Shown: piece after piece, positions 31,663 through 40,579 of the stretch
Layout: every line of letters starts with the position of its first letter
How positions within the stretch are numbered: the stretch's first letter is position 1
Translations under genes and position numbers: made by a program
Assembly (NCBI GenBank): GCA_963665325.3
Contig: OZ224045.1
Coordinates: forward strand, 1,184,001 to 1,248,000
Reading direction: 5' to 3'
Source of the DNA: Alphaproteobacteria bacterium
GTDB taxonomy: Bacteria; Pseudomonadota; Alphaproteobacteria; Bin95
DNA length: 64,000 nucleotides
Notes under the pieces: generated by a model
Seen by the model: only the letters and a program-made list of their open reading frames with translations
Told to the model about the DNA's origin: nothing
Database searches by the model: none

Positions 31663-32226
31663 ATGAAACGAAAATCGCTCTGGATGGCCGGGCTTGCGCT
31701 TGGCCTTGGAACAGCGACGGCGGCCGCCGCGGCCGACGGGATCTCGTACCAGCGGGCGGCCGACATGCTTTACCGGGTGATGTCCGCGGACCGGGAAGTC
31801 TATACCCGCGTAGTGGTGCAACGCCTCACGGTAGACGAGAAGATCATAACCGCGTCGGAGCATTTCGGTGACGACGCAGCATTGCCTCTCCCGGTTCAGA
31901 TGTTCCGCTTCGGCGCCGAAAGGGTCATGGACGAGACCGGGGACTTCTCCTACTCGCTGCTCTCGCTGGATCCTATCAACAAGAAGAAGGGCCCGGGCAC
32001 GCTGCTGGAAAAGGAAGGTCTCGAATTTGTGGTCGACAACGCCGATGAGAACTTCTACGGCGAGGAAGAGCTCGGAGGCGAACGGTATTTCAACGCTGTC
32101 TACCCCGACCACGCGGTCGTCGAGGCCTGCGTCGTCTGCCACAATAATCACAAGGACTCTCCCTGCACCGACCTCATGGTCGGTGACGTGATGGGCGGCG
32201 TGGTCATCCGCATTGCGATGGATTGA
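31663..32226 (+). CDS. DUF3365 / Tll0287-like periplasmic c-heme protein
   Basis: Signal peptide, ADREVYT..VVQRL, LPLP.QMF, YSLLSL.PIN, CVVCH, GGVVIRI. Confidence 0.85.
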   Translation: MKRKSLWMAGLALGLGTATAAAAADGISYQRAADMLYRVMSADREVYTRVVVQRLTVDEKIITASEHFGDDAALPLPVQMFRFGAERVMDETGDFSYSLLSLDPINKKKGPGTLLEKEGLEFVVDNADENFYGEEELGGERYFNAVYPDHAVVEACVVCHNNHKDSPCTDLMVGDVMGGVVIRIAMD

Positions 32227-32567
32227 GCGCATCGCCGGTCCCGCGGCGGCGGCTCACATCAAGCTGTAGGGGTCCACCTCTATCTGGAGGGAGACGTTGG
32301 CGGGCAGGGGGCCGGAGTCGAGCCAAGCGCGCAGCACCGGCGGCACCGGACGGTCTGCCAAGTGCCAGCGACAAGAATGAGTCTCAACACTCAGCCGCTG
32401 GTATTACGCACCGCTCTGACGAGGAACGCTCCCAACCGCCGTCCGCGTGGCTATCAGGTTGCTGCGCCCAACCGCCGGACTTCAGCAACTAAGTGCAGTT
32501 TGTGGCCGTCACCTATAAGGGTGAGGATCACCGCCTCGTGCGAGGACGGCTTGACCGTGAGCGCCCA

Positions 32568-35084
32568 TCAGAACGAGAGGCTGTAGCGCATCAGCAGAGC
32601 GGCCTCGTGCTCGCCCTGGACGTGTCCCGCGTCGCGCGTGACGATACCGGCCAGATGTGCCCGTCCGCCCGACCACGGACGGGAGTAGGCCAACTCCAGA
32701 TCCATCTGACGCCCCGAGGGCTCCAGATCCAGAGCGGCTTCCTCGACCGTGACCCGCCCATCGGGGGTGCGGCCGGACACCCACCGGAGCTGCGCATGTC
32801 CCGCCTCGACGCGCAGCGGTTGAGACAGTCGGAATCCCAACTGTCCTCCGGCACGATCCAAACTCTCACTGACGAGGCCCAGAGCGAACGAACCGGTCCG
32901 GAGCGCCGATGCGTCGCGCACCATGCCATGCCCCCGCATCTCGGCGTGGCTCATGCCCGCGTGGGCGCTGGCGAGCAAAGTCCAACCGGCGCCAAGGGAA
33001 CAATGCGCCGACAGCCCCGCGATGACGGAGTCCGCAGCAATTTCGCCGAACGCCCCACTCGGCCGGCCGCCCACCACGGCCTCGGCTTCCGCGAGCCACC
33101 CCCCCTGCACGGCAAGACCGTGCTCGCCGAATCGGTATTCCGTCAAGAACCCCACGGCTTCGCCGGCATCGGTTTCCCGGCGGTCGCCGTACTGCGCCGT
33201 GCCCCGGAAGGCTGCGATACGCAACGCGCCTGCCTCGCCGCTTGCCGCATAGCCGATGCTGGCGCCGTTGCGGGCGAATCCGAGGAACGGATTGGCGAAC
33301 GCGCCGTCGTCGGTGAACATGCCCGGTTCGATCGACCCGAATCCTTCATCCGCCTCGCCGTCGCCGGCATGGAGCCCGAACTGCAAACCGGGGTGGACGC
33401 GGTATCCGAACAGCATCTTTCCGCTGCCGATGCCTTGCGCGAGCGACAGCGAACCGAGCGAGCCGGAAACGTCCTCCTCACTGCGGAGGGCCGATCCGTG
33501 GACATCACCGAAGCCATGCGAAGTCGCCGCAGCATCGAGGCGCAGCCGGAACTCGGCGTCCTCCATACGCCACCGCGTGCCGCTTGGATCGCGCCCCAGC
33601 ATTCCGAGACGCCGTTCGAGCCCGAGCACGGCGAACGCGTGGGGCCGAAGGTGGTCGCCGAGCGGGCGGAAGAACGGCGCGTCCAGGTCGTCGAAGCTCG
33701 CGACCTCCTGCGAGGCGAGCCCCCGCGCCAGGGAATCCCCGAACGCTCCACCCAGGTGGAATACGCTGGCGGTGCTCGGCGCCGACGGACCGGAGAGCGA
33801 GCGACCGGTCAGCATCCGCGTCCCGCTCACCGGCCGGGTCGCGGCGTCGAGGTCGAGGAAACCCCGGCCGTAGACATCGGAGTCCGCGTACTCGCCGGTG
33901 CTGTCGGCGGTCGCGAGCATGCGCTCGACGATCTCGTCGCTGCCGAGCTGGTTGCGATAGTGCTGCGCGAGCAGCCCAATCCCGCCAGTGACGAACGGTG
34001 CGGCGGACGACGTCCCGGACTCTTCCAGGGAGAGATAGCACTCCGCAGTGCCGTCGGGGCAGTAGAAGCGCGGCACGGGTCCGGTGACGTCCACCCCCGG
34101 CGCGGCCAGGCAGAACGCCCTCGCAATCCCGCAGCGGCTGGAGAACCCCGCGATCCGGCCCTGCCGGTCGGTCGCCACCACCGCGAGCGAGTGACCGCGA
34201 AGCTCCGGAATCCGTACCGGCAGTCCGGCCGTGATATCGACCGACGTGGCCGATTCCTCGGAACCGTCGAGACTGACCTCCCCGTTCGAATTGCCGGCCG
34301 CCCAGACGTAGATCGTGCGGGCGCCGGCCGGCGTATCGGCCTGGGCGATGGCATCGATCACGTTGGGGAAGCGCGCGCGCAACGCTTCTTCGTCGAAGTT
34401 CTCGATGTTCCCGGGCAGGCCGAAGCTCGCATTGACCGCGGTCGTTCTGCCGTTCAACCGCTCGAAGGCCGATGCGAAGTGCTGCTCGAGATCGGATTCA
34501 ATGTCGCGGATCAGGTTCGGAAGATCGCGGATCTGCTCGGGGGTGGGGTTGTCGTCGAGGAGGTCCTCGATGATTTCGCCCACGTCGCGGAAGCCCACCG
34601 AGATCACGTCGGCGTCAAAGGCGACCCCGTGGATGGCCGCCGCACTGCCTGCGCCCGCGTCGGGCGTCGCACGGCGGCCCGCCGCCATGATGCCCGCGAC
34701 GTAGGTTCCGTGTCCGATCAGGCTGAGACAGGCGCCGTCGGAGGCGCGGTGGTCGCAGGTGTCGAAGTCGGGGTCGTAGCCCTCGACGTTGCTCGATTCG
34801 AGCTTGTCCTCGAACTTCGGATGGTTCGGGTCGACCCCGCTGTCGACGATACCGAGCGTGACCCCCTCGCCGGTCGCACCGCGCGCGTAGGCGTAGTGCG
34901 CCTTGATCCGGGTCAAGCCATACTGATTCTGGAATTCCGGGTGCGCGGCATACGCGCGCCGCCGCTTCTCTTCGGACCTCGGGGGCTCGGGCAAAACGGG
35001 AGGCGCAGTGGACATGCTCCCGGACCCGACGCAACCCGTCACGACGAGCGCCAGTCCGACCGCAAGTGCTCCGCGCTTCGACAT
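32568..35084 (-). CDS. S8 (subtilisin-like) peptidase with lipoprotein signal and C-terminal beta-barrel-like domain
   Basis: VVTGC lipobox; triad GIVDSG / HGTYVAG / GTSSAAP; oxyanion AAGN; terminal Y-x-L-x-F. Confidence 0.9.
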   Translation of the reverse strand: MSKRGALAVGLALVVTGCVGSGSMSTAPPVLPEPPRSEEKRRRAYAAHPEFQNQYGLTRIKAHYAYARGATGEGVTLGIVDSGVDPNHPKFEDKLESSNVEGYDPDFDTCDHRASDGACLSLIGHGTYVAGIMAAGRRATPDAGAGSAAAIHGVAFDADVISVGFRDVGEIIEDLLDDNPTPEQIRDLPNLIRDIESDLEQHFASAFERLNGRTTAVNASFGLPGNIENFDEEALRARFPNVIDAIAQADTPAGARTIYVWAAGNSNGEVSLDGSEESATSVDITAGLPVRIPELRGHSLAVVATDRQGRIAGFSSRCGIARAFCLAAPGVDVTGPVPRFYCPDGTAECYLSLEESGTSSAAPFVTGGIGLLAQHYRNQLGSDEIVERMLATADSTGEYADSDVYGRGFLDLDAATRPVSGTRMLTGRSLSGPSAPSTASVFHLGGAFGDSLARGLASQEVASFDDLDAPFFRPLGDHLRPHAFAVLGLERRLGMLGRDPSGTRWRMEDAEFRLRLDAAATSHGFGDVHGSALRSEEDVSGSLGSLSLAQGIGSGKMLFGYRVHPGLQFGLHAGDGEADEGFGSIEPGMFTDDGAFANPFLGFARNGASIGYAASGEAGALRIAAFRGTAQYGDRRETDAGEAVGFLTEYRFGEHGLAVQGGWLAEAEAVVGGRPSGAFGEIAADSVIAGLSAHCSLGAGWTLLASAHAGMSHAEMRGHGMVRDASALRTGSFALGLVSESLDRAGGQLGFRLSQPLRVEAGHAQLRWVSGRTPDGRVTVEEAALDLEPSGRQMDLELAYSRPWSGGRAHLAGIVTRDAGHVQGEHEAALLMRYSLSF

Positions 35085-35421
35085 CCGGCCCATTCCAATA
35101 CCGAGCGATGCGCTCCGCTCCGATGGTACGGTCTGCGCATGGTCCCGGAAATCGATAAGGGTTCCAAGGGTGCTCGTCGAGCAGTCCGATCCGAGTCCGA
35201 GGAGCTTCACCAATCAGGCGCGCTCAAGCGCCGCGCTGGCTTGAGCCCTCCGGGGCAGGATGGCGCCATGGTCGCGACGGTGACGAATATCGGCCCTCCA
35301 CTCATCACGCCCCCCGGGACACTTGTTTGATCGAGAAGGTCAAGATCCAGTATGTTCGATTATACGACCTGCGCCATATGGCCGGCCCTGCCGGGCGTTG
35401 CTTGCCCGGCCCGGGCATCGT

Positions 35422-35712
35422 TCAGGATGGGCCGCCGGCGTTGACGGCATCCTTCAGCGTCCTGCCGGGCTTGAATGCCGGGACCGTCGAGGGGCCGATT
35501 TCCAGGGTCTCGCCTGTCCGGGGATTGCGCGCCGTGCGCGCGGGACGCTGTCTGGTCACGAAGACGCCGAAGCCGAAGATGCGCACTTCGTCGCCCCTGG
35601 CGAGCGCCTCGCCGATCTCGGCGAACACGCCGTCCACGGCCTCCACGGCGGCGGGCTTGCCCATCCCGGTTCGGGCCGCCAGACCGTCGGCCAACTGCCT
35701 CTTGTTCATCAT
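35422..35712 (-). CDS. hup: HU-family DNA-binding protein
   Basis: MNKRQL..GFGVF..RPARTARNPRTGE..PAFKPGRTLKDAVN. Confidence 0.95.
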   Translation of the reverse strand: MMNKRQLADGLAARTGMGKPAAVEAVDGVFAEIGEALARGDEVRIFGFGVFVTRQRPARTARNPRTGETLEIGPSTVPAFKPGRTLKDAVNAGGPS

Positions 35713-35913
35713 CTAGGTTCCTCTCCGGCCCCGCGGCCGCGTTTCCTCATTATCGGCGTTCGACTAACACGAATTGCACCCGCACGCGATCTTCGGCAGT
35801 CCCGAATTCGGCGACCTGTCATGGATCGGTGCGGGCCGGCGTTTACGGGCGGCAGGGGGAAGGCATCTGCTTCCCGGCTGCCGGTTCCAGGCGGCGGGCC
35901 CGCCCGGTGCCGT

Positions 35914-37293
35914 TCACCCGAGCGGTTTGCCCTCGTCCTCGAAATACTGGCGCGTCACCTTGAAGACCATGGGCGCGAGGAGCAAGAGCCCGATCAGATT
36001 CGGTACCGCCATGAGACCGTTGAGCGTGTCGGCTAGGTTCCAGACGAGATCGACCTTCACGTTCGCGAACGCGAGCGCCGCCAGCACCCACAGGCCGCGA
36101 TAGATGAACAGGCTTTTCTCCTTGAACAGGTATTGCCAGCATCGCTCGCCGTAATAGGACCAGCCGAGGATCGTCGTGAACGCGAAGATCGCGAGCGCAA
36201 CGGTGACGATGTATTGACCGCCGGTCATCGATACCTCAAAGCCGGTCGAGGTCAGCACCGCTCCGGTCAGCCCGCCGCCGTCCGCGCCGGTCATGACCCA
36301 GGCGCCCGACGTCAGGATCACAAGCGCGGTCATCGTGCAGACCACGATGGTGTCGATGAAGGTGCCGAGCATCGCGATGACGCCCTGGCGGACCGGGCTG
36401 CTGGTCTGAGCAGCCGCGTGGGCTATCGCTGCCGAACCCAGCCCGGATTCGTTCGAGAAGACGCCGCGCGCGATCCCGAAACGGATGGCCGCCGCCACCG
36501 CCGCGCCAGCAAAGCCGCCCGTCGCGGCGGTCGGCGTGAACGCGTGGGTGAAGATCAGGGCGATCGCATCGGGGATCGCCGCGATGTTGATCGCCAGGAT
36601 CACCAGCGCGGCGCCGAGGTAGAGCACGATCATCGTCGGCACCAGCCGTCCGGCCACCTCGCCGATGCGGCGGATACCGCCGATCACCACGACGCCCACC
36701 AGAGCCGCGACAACCACGCCGGTTGCCCACTCCGGTATGCCGAAGCTGTTCTCCAGCGCGGCGCCCATCGAGTTGACCTGCACCGCGTTGCCGATGCCGA
36801 ATGCCGCCACGGCGCCGAAGACCGCGAACGCCAGCCCCAGCCATTTGCCGAGTTCGGGCGCGAACTCGCCGACGCCGTTGCGCAGATAGTACATCGGCCC
36901 GCCGACATACTTGCCGGTCGCGTCCACCTCGCGATATGTGACCGCGCAGACGGCTTCGGCGTATTTGGTCGCCATGCCGAACAGCGCGATAAGCCACATG
37001 TAGAAGATGGCACCCGGTCCGCCGAGTGCGATCGCGGTCGCGACCCCGGCGATGTTTCCGGTACCGACCGTAGCCGACAGCGCCGTCATCAGCGCGTTGA
37101 AGGGCTTCACCTCGCCCTCGCCGGTCGCGCCCTGCTTGTCGAACAGAAGCCGGAAGCCGTAACCCACCTTGCGCCACGGCATGAAGACGAGGCCGAGGGT
37201 CAACAGCACTCCGGTGACGCCCAGAATGCCGAGCATGGGAGGCCCCCAGGCAAAGGCGTTTACCGCACCGACGATGGTGTTGAGCCTGTCCAT
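35914..37293 (-). CDS. agcS: sodium:alanine/glycine symporter
   Basis: ATVGTGNIAGVATAI..GGPGA, GGPMYY, RGVFSNESGLGS, WSYYGE. Confidence 0.95.
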   Translation of the reverse strand: MDRLNTIVGAVNAFAWGPPMLGILGVTGVLLTLGLVFMPWRKVGYGFRLLFDKQGATGEGEVKPFNALMTALSATVGTGNIAGVATAIALGGPGAIFYMWLIALFGMATKYAEAVCAVTYREVDATGKYVGGPMYYLRNGVGEFAPELGKWLGLAFAVFGAVAAFGIGNAVQVNSMGAALENSFGIPEWATGVVVAALVGVVVIGGIRRIGEVAGRLVPTMIVLYLGAALVILAINIAAIPDAIALIFTHAFTPTAATGGFAGAAVAAAIRFGIARGVFSNESGLGSAAIAHAAAQTSSPVRQGVIAMLGTFIDTIVVCTMTALVILTSGAWVMTGADGGGLTGAVLTSTGFEVSMTGGQYIVTVALAIFAFTTILGWSYYGERCWQYLFKEKSLFIYRGLWVLAALAFANVKVDLVWNLADTLNGLMAVPNLIGLLLLAPMVFKVTRQYFEDEGKPLG

Positions 37294-37576
37294 GGCCGTC
37301 CTCCAGCCTCTTCGCAGTGCCGGCCTGTCCCCATGCGGCCGATCCGATGCGAACCTGAATCCTCATATCAGACTGCGGCAGGGCTGACTACAAGGTGTCG
37401 GAAGAGCCTGGAAGCGGGAGAGGGCGTGAACTTCCGGGTCGAAGAGCGCCCGCGCCGCCTTCAGGTCAACGATATCGCGCCGATCTGAGGCCGCCGGCGG
37501 CCGGAGCGGTGCGGGCACATTCCGTCGATCCCGGAAACGCGGCTTGCGGCGGGCCGGGTTGTCGGCGGCACGTCCC

Positions 37577-38017
37577 TCAGGGCAGCTCGCCCTCCGGGCG
37601 GGGCTCCGGCCCGGATGTCCCGGACTTCTCCGGCGCCAAGGCCGCGGCGACCCGCTTCGCAGCCGCTTCGCCGACCGCAGGTGCCAGAACCGCGCACAAC
37701 TCCGCTGCCCGGCCCGAAGCGGCAAGCTCGCCCGCCCAGGCGGCAAACAGCACCGCAAGCCGCTCATGCAGCCCGGAGCGCAAAATGCTGCGACCGCTCT
37801 TCCCGGCCAGAAAGGGCCGCAGATGGCGCACGGCCTCCAGCAGGCCGCGTTCGCCCTCGACCCTCAGGCCCCCCGCCTCCGCCAGCGCCGCGTCCACAAG
37901 ATAGCGCGAGATCGACTTCCCCTGCCCCTGCGCCCGCTCTTCCGCCAGCGCCCATTCCTCATCCGTCGCCGAGATTGAAAGCCGCACGAGCGCCGAACCG
38001 GGCAGCGGGCGGCTCAT
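37577..38017 (-). CDS. ribbon-helix-helix / MobC-like relaxosome accessory protein
   Basis: LSISATDEEWALAEERAQGQGKSISRYLVDAAL. Confidence 0.7.
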   Translation of the reverse strand: MSRPLPGSALVRLSISATDEEWALAEERAQGQGKSISRYLVDAALAEAGGLRVEGERGLLEAVRHLRPFLAGKSGRSILRSGLHERLAVLFAAWAGELAASGRAAELCAVLAPAVGEAAAKRVAAALAPEKSGTSGPEPRPEGELP

Positions 38018-38310
38018 CTCCCGCCGTCCTTCGCCGCCGCTTCTTCCGGGCTGCCTTCGTCGGCCACGGCGCCGCGTATCACGTCCGCGAAACCGATCAG
38101 CCGGCGGACCCCGTCATGCAGTTCGGCCCGTTCCGCCTCCGACAGGCGGGGAGCCTCTCCCTTGCCGCCGCCGTCCCCCAGCGCCCGCTCCAGCACGAAG
38201 GAGGAAACCGACACTCCCGCCGCTGCCGCCCGCTCGCCGAGCGCATCCCGCTCCCCTGGGCTGCAATACACGCTGCGGGGACGTTTCGCAGTCTCGGCTC
38301 TTCTCCGCAT
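38014..38310 (-). CDS. ribbon-helix-helix / MobC-like protein
   Basis: RSVYCSPGERDALGERAAAAGVSVSSFVLERAL; ATGA overlap with the next gene. Confidence 0.7.
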   Translation of the reverse strand: MRRRAETAKRPRSVYCSPGERDALGERAAAAGVSVSSFVLERALGDGGGKGEAPRLSEAERAELHDGVRRLIGFADVIRGAVADEGSPEEAAAKDGGR

Positions 38311-38414
38311 GCCACAGTCCTCCAGTATAGGCTCCGCGCTCTGCGACGGCTTCCCTTGCGGCGTCCTCACTGCGCCACTACCCTCCGGCCCGGACAGCCG
38401 GCCGCATCCCGACC

Positions 38415-38465
38415 CTTATGGCGTAACAGCATAAGATCACCGTTCTTATGGTGCAACGACGTAAG
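38415..38465. promoter_or_regulatory. paired palindromic boxes CTTATG-N9-CRTAAG (operator or oriT-associated)
   Basis: CTTATGgcgtaacagCATAAG and CTTATGgtgcaacgaCGTAAG, starts 30 bp apart, upstream of the RHH genes. Confidence 0.5.
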
Positions 38466-38903
38466 ACATTACGGTGCGGCAACACAAGCATGAACGAGGC
38501 GTGCAAGCCGGACGAGACTGTAGCGTGTCGGTTCCATGTCGAGCGCTACTGACCCGACTGTCCCAAACCCGAAGACCCGGGTTTCGCCATCGGGACCATG
38601 TTAAGCTGGCCGCTATGGCAACGCGGGCGGACGGACCCGGCGCCGCGCTGGGACGACGGCACCCCGCAATAGACCCGGCGCAGCTGCAGGCTCCGGAATT
38701 CAGGCAAAGCGAGCATACGGACCTGTTGCGATGTTGGCGCATTGGCTATAACTGCGCGCTCGAGATATTGCGCGCATTGATGTTCCCGACCGGGCGCCGC
38801 GCCGTTTCCAGCGGATTGCGCCTCACAGCATGATGCCGTGTCCGGGCACGTTGTCGCCCCGGCGTTTCCTGTCCAGACCGTTGTACCGGTTACAGGCGAG
38901 TAA

Positions 38904-39167
38904 CTAGCCCGTCCGCGCCTCCACGATAACGCGGCCTCGCCCGCGCCGGACAACATATCCGCCGCGCCGGATCATGAGCTTGCCATCCTGAATGAGGTCC
39001 CATAACGCATCGCGGATAACCTCCGCGTTCGCGTCGGTCTCCGGTGCTTCGACTGCCTGGTCGAGCCATTTTGCAAACGCCTCGTCGGCAATGGTCCGGC
39101 CTAACGACTTGCGAAGGGCATTGAGCGTTCGAAGCTGACCCTTCTTCAGGTTCGTCTCGTCGATCAT
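38904..39167 (-). CDS. small hypothetical protein
   Basis: MIDETNLKKGQLRTLNALRKSLG..; AAGGA RBS; protein-like composition. Confidence 0.7.
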   Translation of the reverse strand: MIDETNLKKGQLRTLNALRKSLGRTIADEAFAKWLDQAVEAPETDANAEVIRDALWDLIQDGKLMIRRGGYVVRRGRGRVIVEARTG

Positions 39168-39326
39168 CAGGCGATGTCCTTCCCTGTTCCCATATTGAGC
39201 ACGCACCGCAATAGCAGACATCGCGAAGAATACACAACGATATATCCGTGTTCGGAACTTGCGGCTCGCATGTCATAAGGCATGTGTCGGGTTGCTTTCG
39301 GGCACCGGGTTTTCTTTGAACGACTT

Positions 39327-39600
39327 TTCGTATTCATGTCTCTTGAGAATGTCGTTGCGGCCTGTCATGTTTTCCCCGGAAACAGGGTTTCGTCAGCCGC
39401 AGTCGGATTGCGGCCCGCTCCCTCAATGCAGGGAGACCAGGTGCGGCTGGATCGCATGATTGCGAAGCCCGCCTGAGCGCATGGCGGAGGGCGTTCGGCG
39501 CATTCCGCTCCGTGCGTGGTGACCGATGCCGCGGGGGAGGCGTGGCGGACAAGGAGGCGATATCGATGGAGGGCCGCGAAATGGATGTCCGGGATTCCGA
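39327..39600 (+). repeat. ~270-bp dispersed repeat copy 1 (promoter/leader plus first codons MEGREMDV)
   Basis: Reverse complement of 60089-60361 with long identical blocks. Confidence 0.92.
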
Positions 39601-40537
39601 ACGCAGGCGCGCTGCAAATGCCGCGCTGACGGAGATTATCGAAGAGGTTTGCCGCCATTACGCGCCTTCGGGTGCGAGGGTCGAGGATTGTTGGGAGGTT
39701 CGGGACGCCGGTGACCGAGTTGCGCTGCGTGTCTTTCTCGCCGGCCCGATGCAGGGCTCGTGGACTGAAGCGGCTGCTGGCGCGCGGGGCGACGCGCTCG
39801 ATCTCGTGGCGCGGCTCAGCGGTCTGGACGCCGCCGGCGCGCTGGCGGAGGCAGAACGGTTCCTGAGTCGGCAGTCGATGGAACCGGACCGGAAAGCCGG
39901 AGACGCGGGCGGCGACCAGATGGCGCTGTTCGGACCCTTGCCGGAGAGTCACGAACGCAAGCGGCCGGCGCGGCGGTCCGCCAGGGGCCGCAACGCAGGG
40001 GCATCGCGGCGGGCGACAACGCAGCATGACCCGCCGCCCGGCGACGCGGTTCCCCCCTCCGGTGACGAACCGGCGGGCACTGACGAAGCTGCGTCCGGTT
40101 CGCAGTCATCGCCAGACGCACCTGAGCCCGAAGGCGGCAAGGCGGGGCCGGCTCCGGCGGCCCGTTCCAGCGGCGCGGCGCTGGGTCCCGGCGGGTCCGG
40201 ACATCCGGTGCCGGACCCGGACGGCATCGGGTTCACCGCCGATGACCGTCAGCTTCTGCGAAGGTCGGTCGAGGACGCCGCCTGGACTAGGTCCCACATG
40301 ACGGTTCGGGAGCGGGATGTCGAGGCGCATGAGCGCGCAAAGGCGCGCAAGGACGGACATGACCGGCGGCGGCGCGGGACCCGGACGATCGCCGCCTCAT
40401 GCGGGGTGCTTGCGGTTGCGCTTCCGCTGCTGGGCGTGGCGGCGGAGGAACGCTATGGCGTCATGGACCGGGCAGCCCTGCTTGTGGCGTCTCTGGACGA
40501 TTACGCGCGAACGGCGTGGCAGCCGGATGAGGGCTGA
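39566..40537 (+). CDS. hypothetical protein with primase-N-terminus-like domain, low-complexity linker and C-terminal hydrophobic helix
   Basis: RBS AAGGAGG; VFLAG..GSW.EAA.G..GDALDLVA...LAEAERFL. Confidence 0.6.
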   Translation: MEGREMDVRDSERRRAANAALTEIIEEVCRHYAPSGARVEDCWEVRDAGDRVALRVFLAGPMQGSWTEAAAGARGDALDLVARLSGLDAAGALAEAERFLSRQSMEPDRKAGDAGGDQMALFGPLPESHERKRPARRSARGRNAGASRRATTQHDPPPGDAVPPSGDEPAGTDEAASGSQSSPDAPEPEGGKAGPAPAARSSGAALGPGGSGHPVPDPDGIGFTADDRQLLRRSVEDAAWTRSHMTVRERDVEAHERAKARKDGHDRRRRGTRTIAASCGVLAVALPLLGVAAEERYGVMDRAALLVASLDDYARTAWQPDEG

Positions 40538-40579
40538 GAAGGGTCCGGCGACCGCCGATCGCCGATCGCGGGTCCGACG

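Noticed and set aside
32493-35330. 945-aa plus-strand ORF, and similar long antisense ORFs at 52310-55732, 55381-57363, 40397-42604 and 21073-22518
   Set aside because: Shadows of well-supported opposite-strand genes in GC-rich DNA; no motifs
37294-37460. Glycine riboswitch upstream of the alanine/glycine symporter
   Set aside because: No recognisable tandem aptamer motifs
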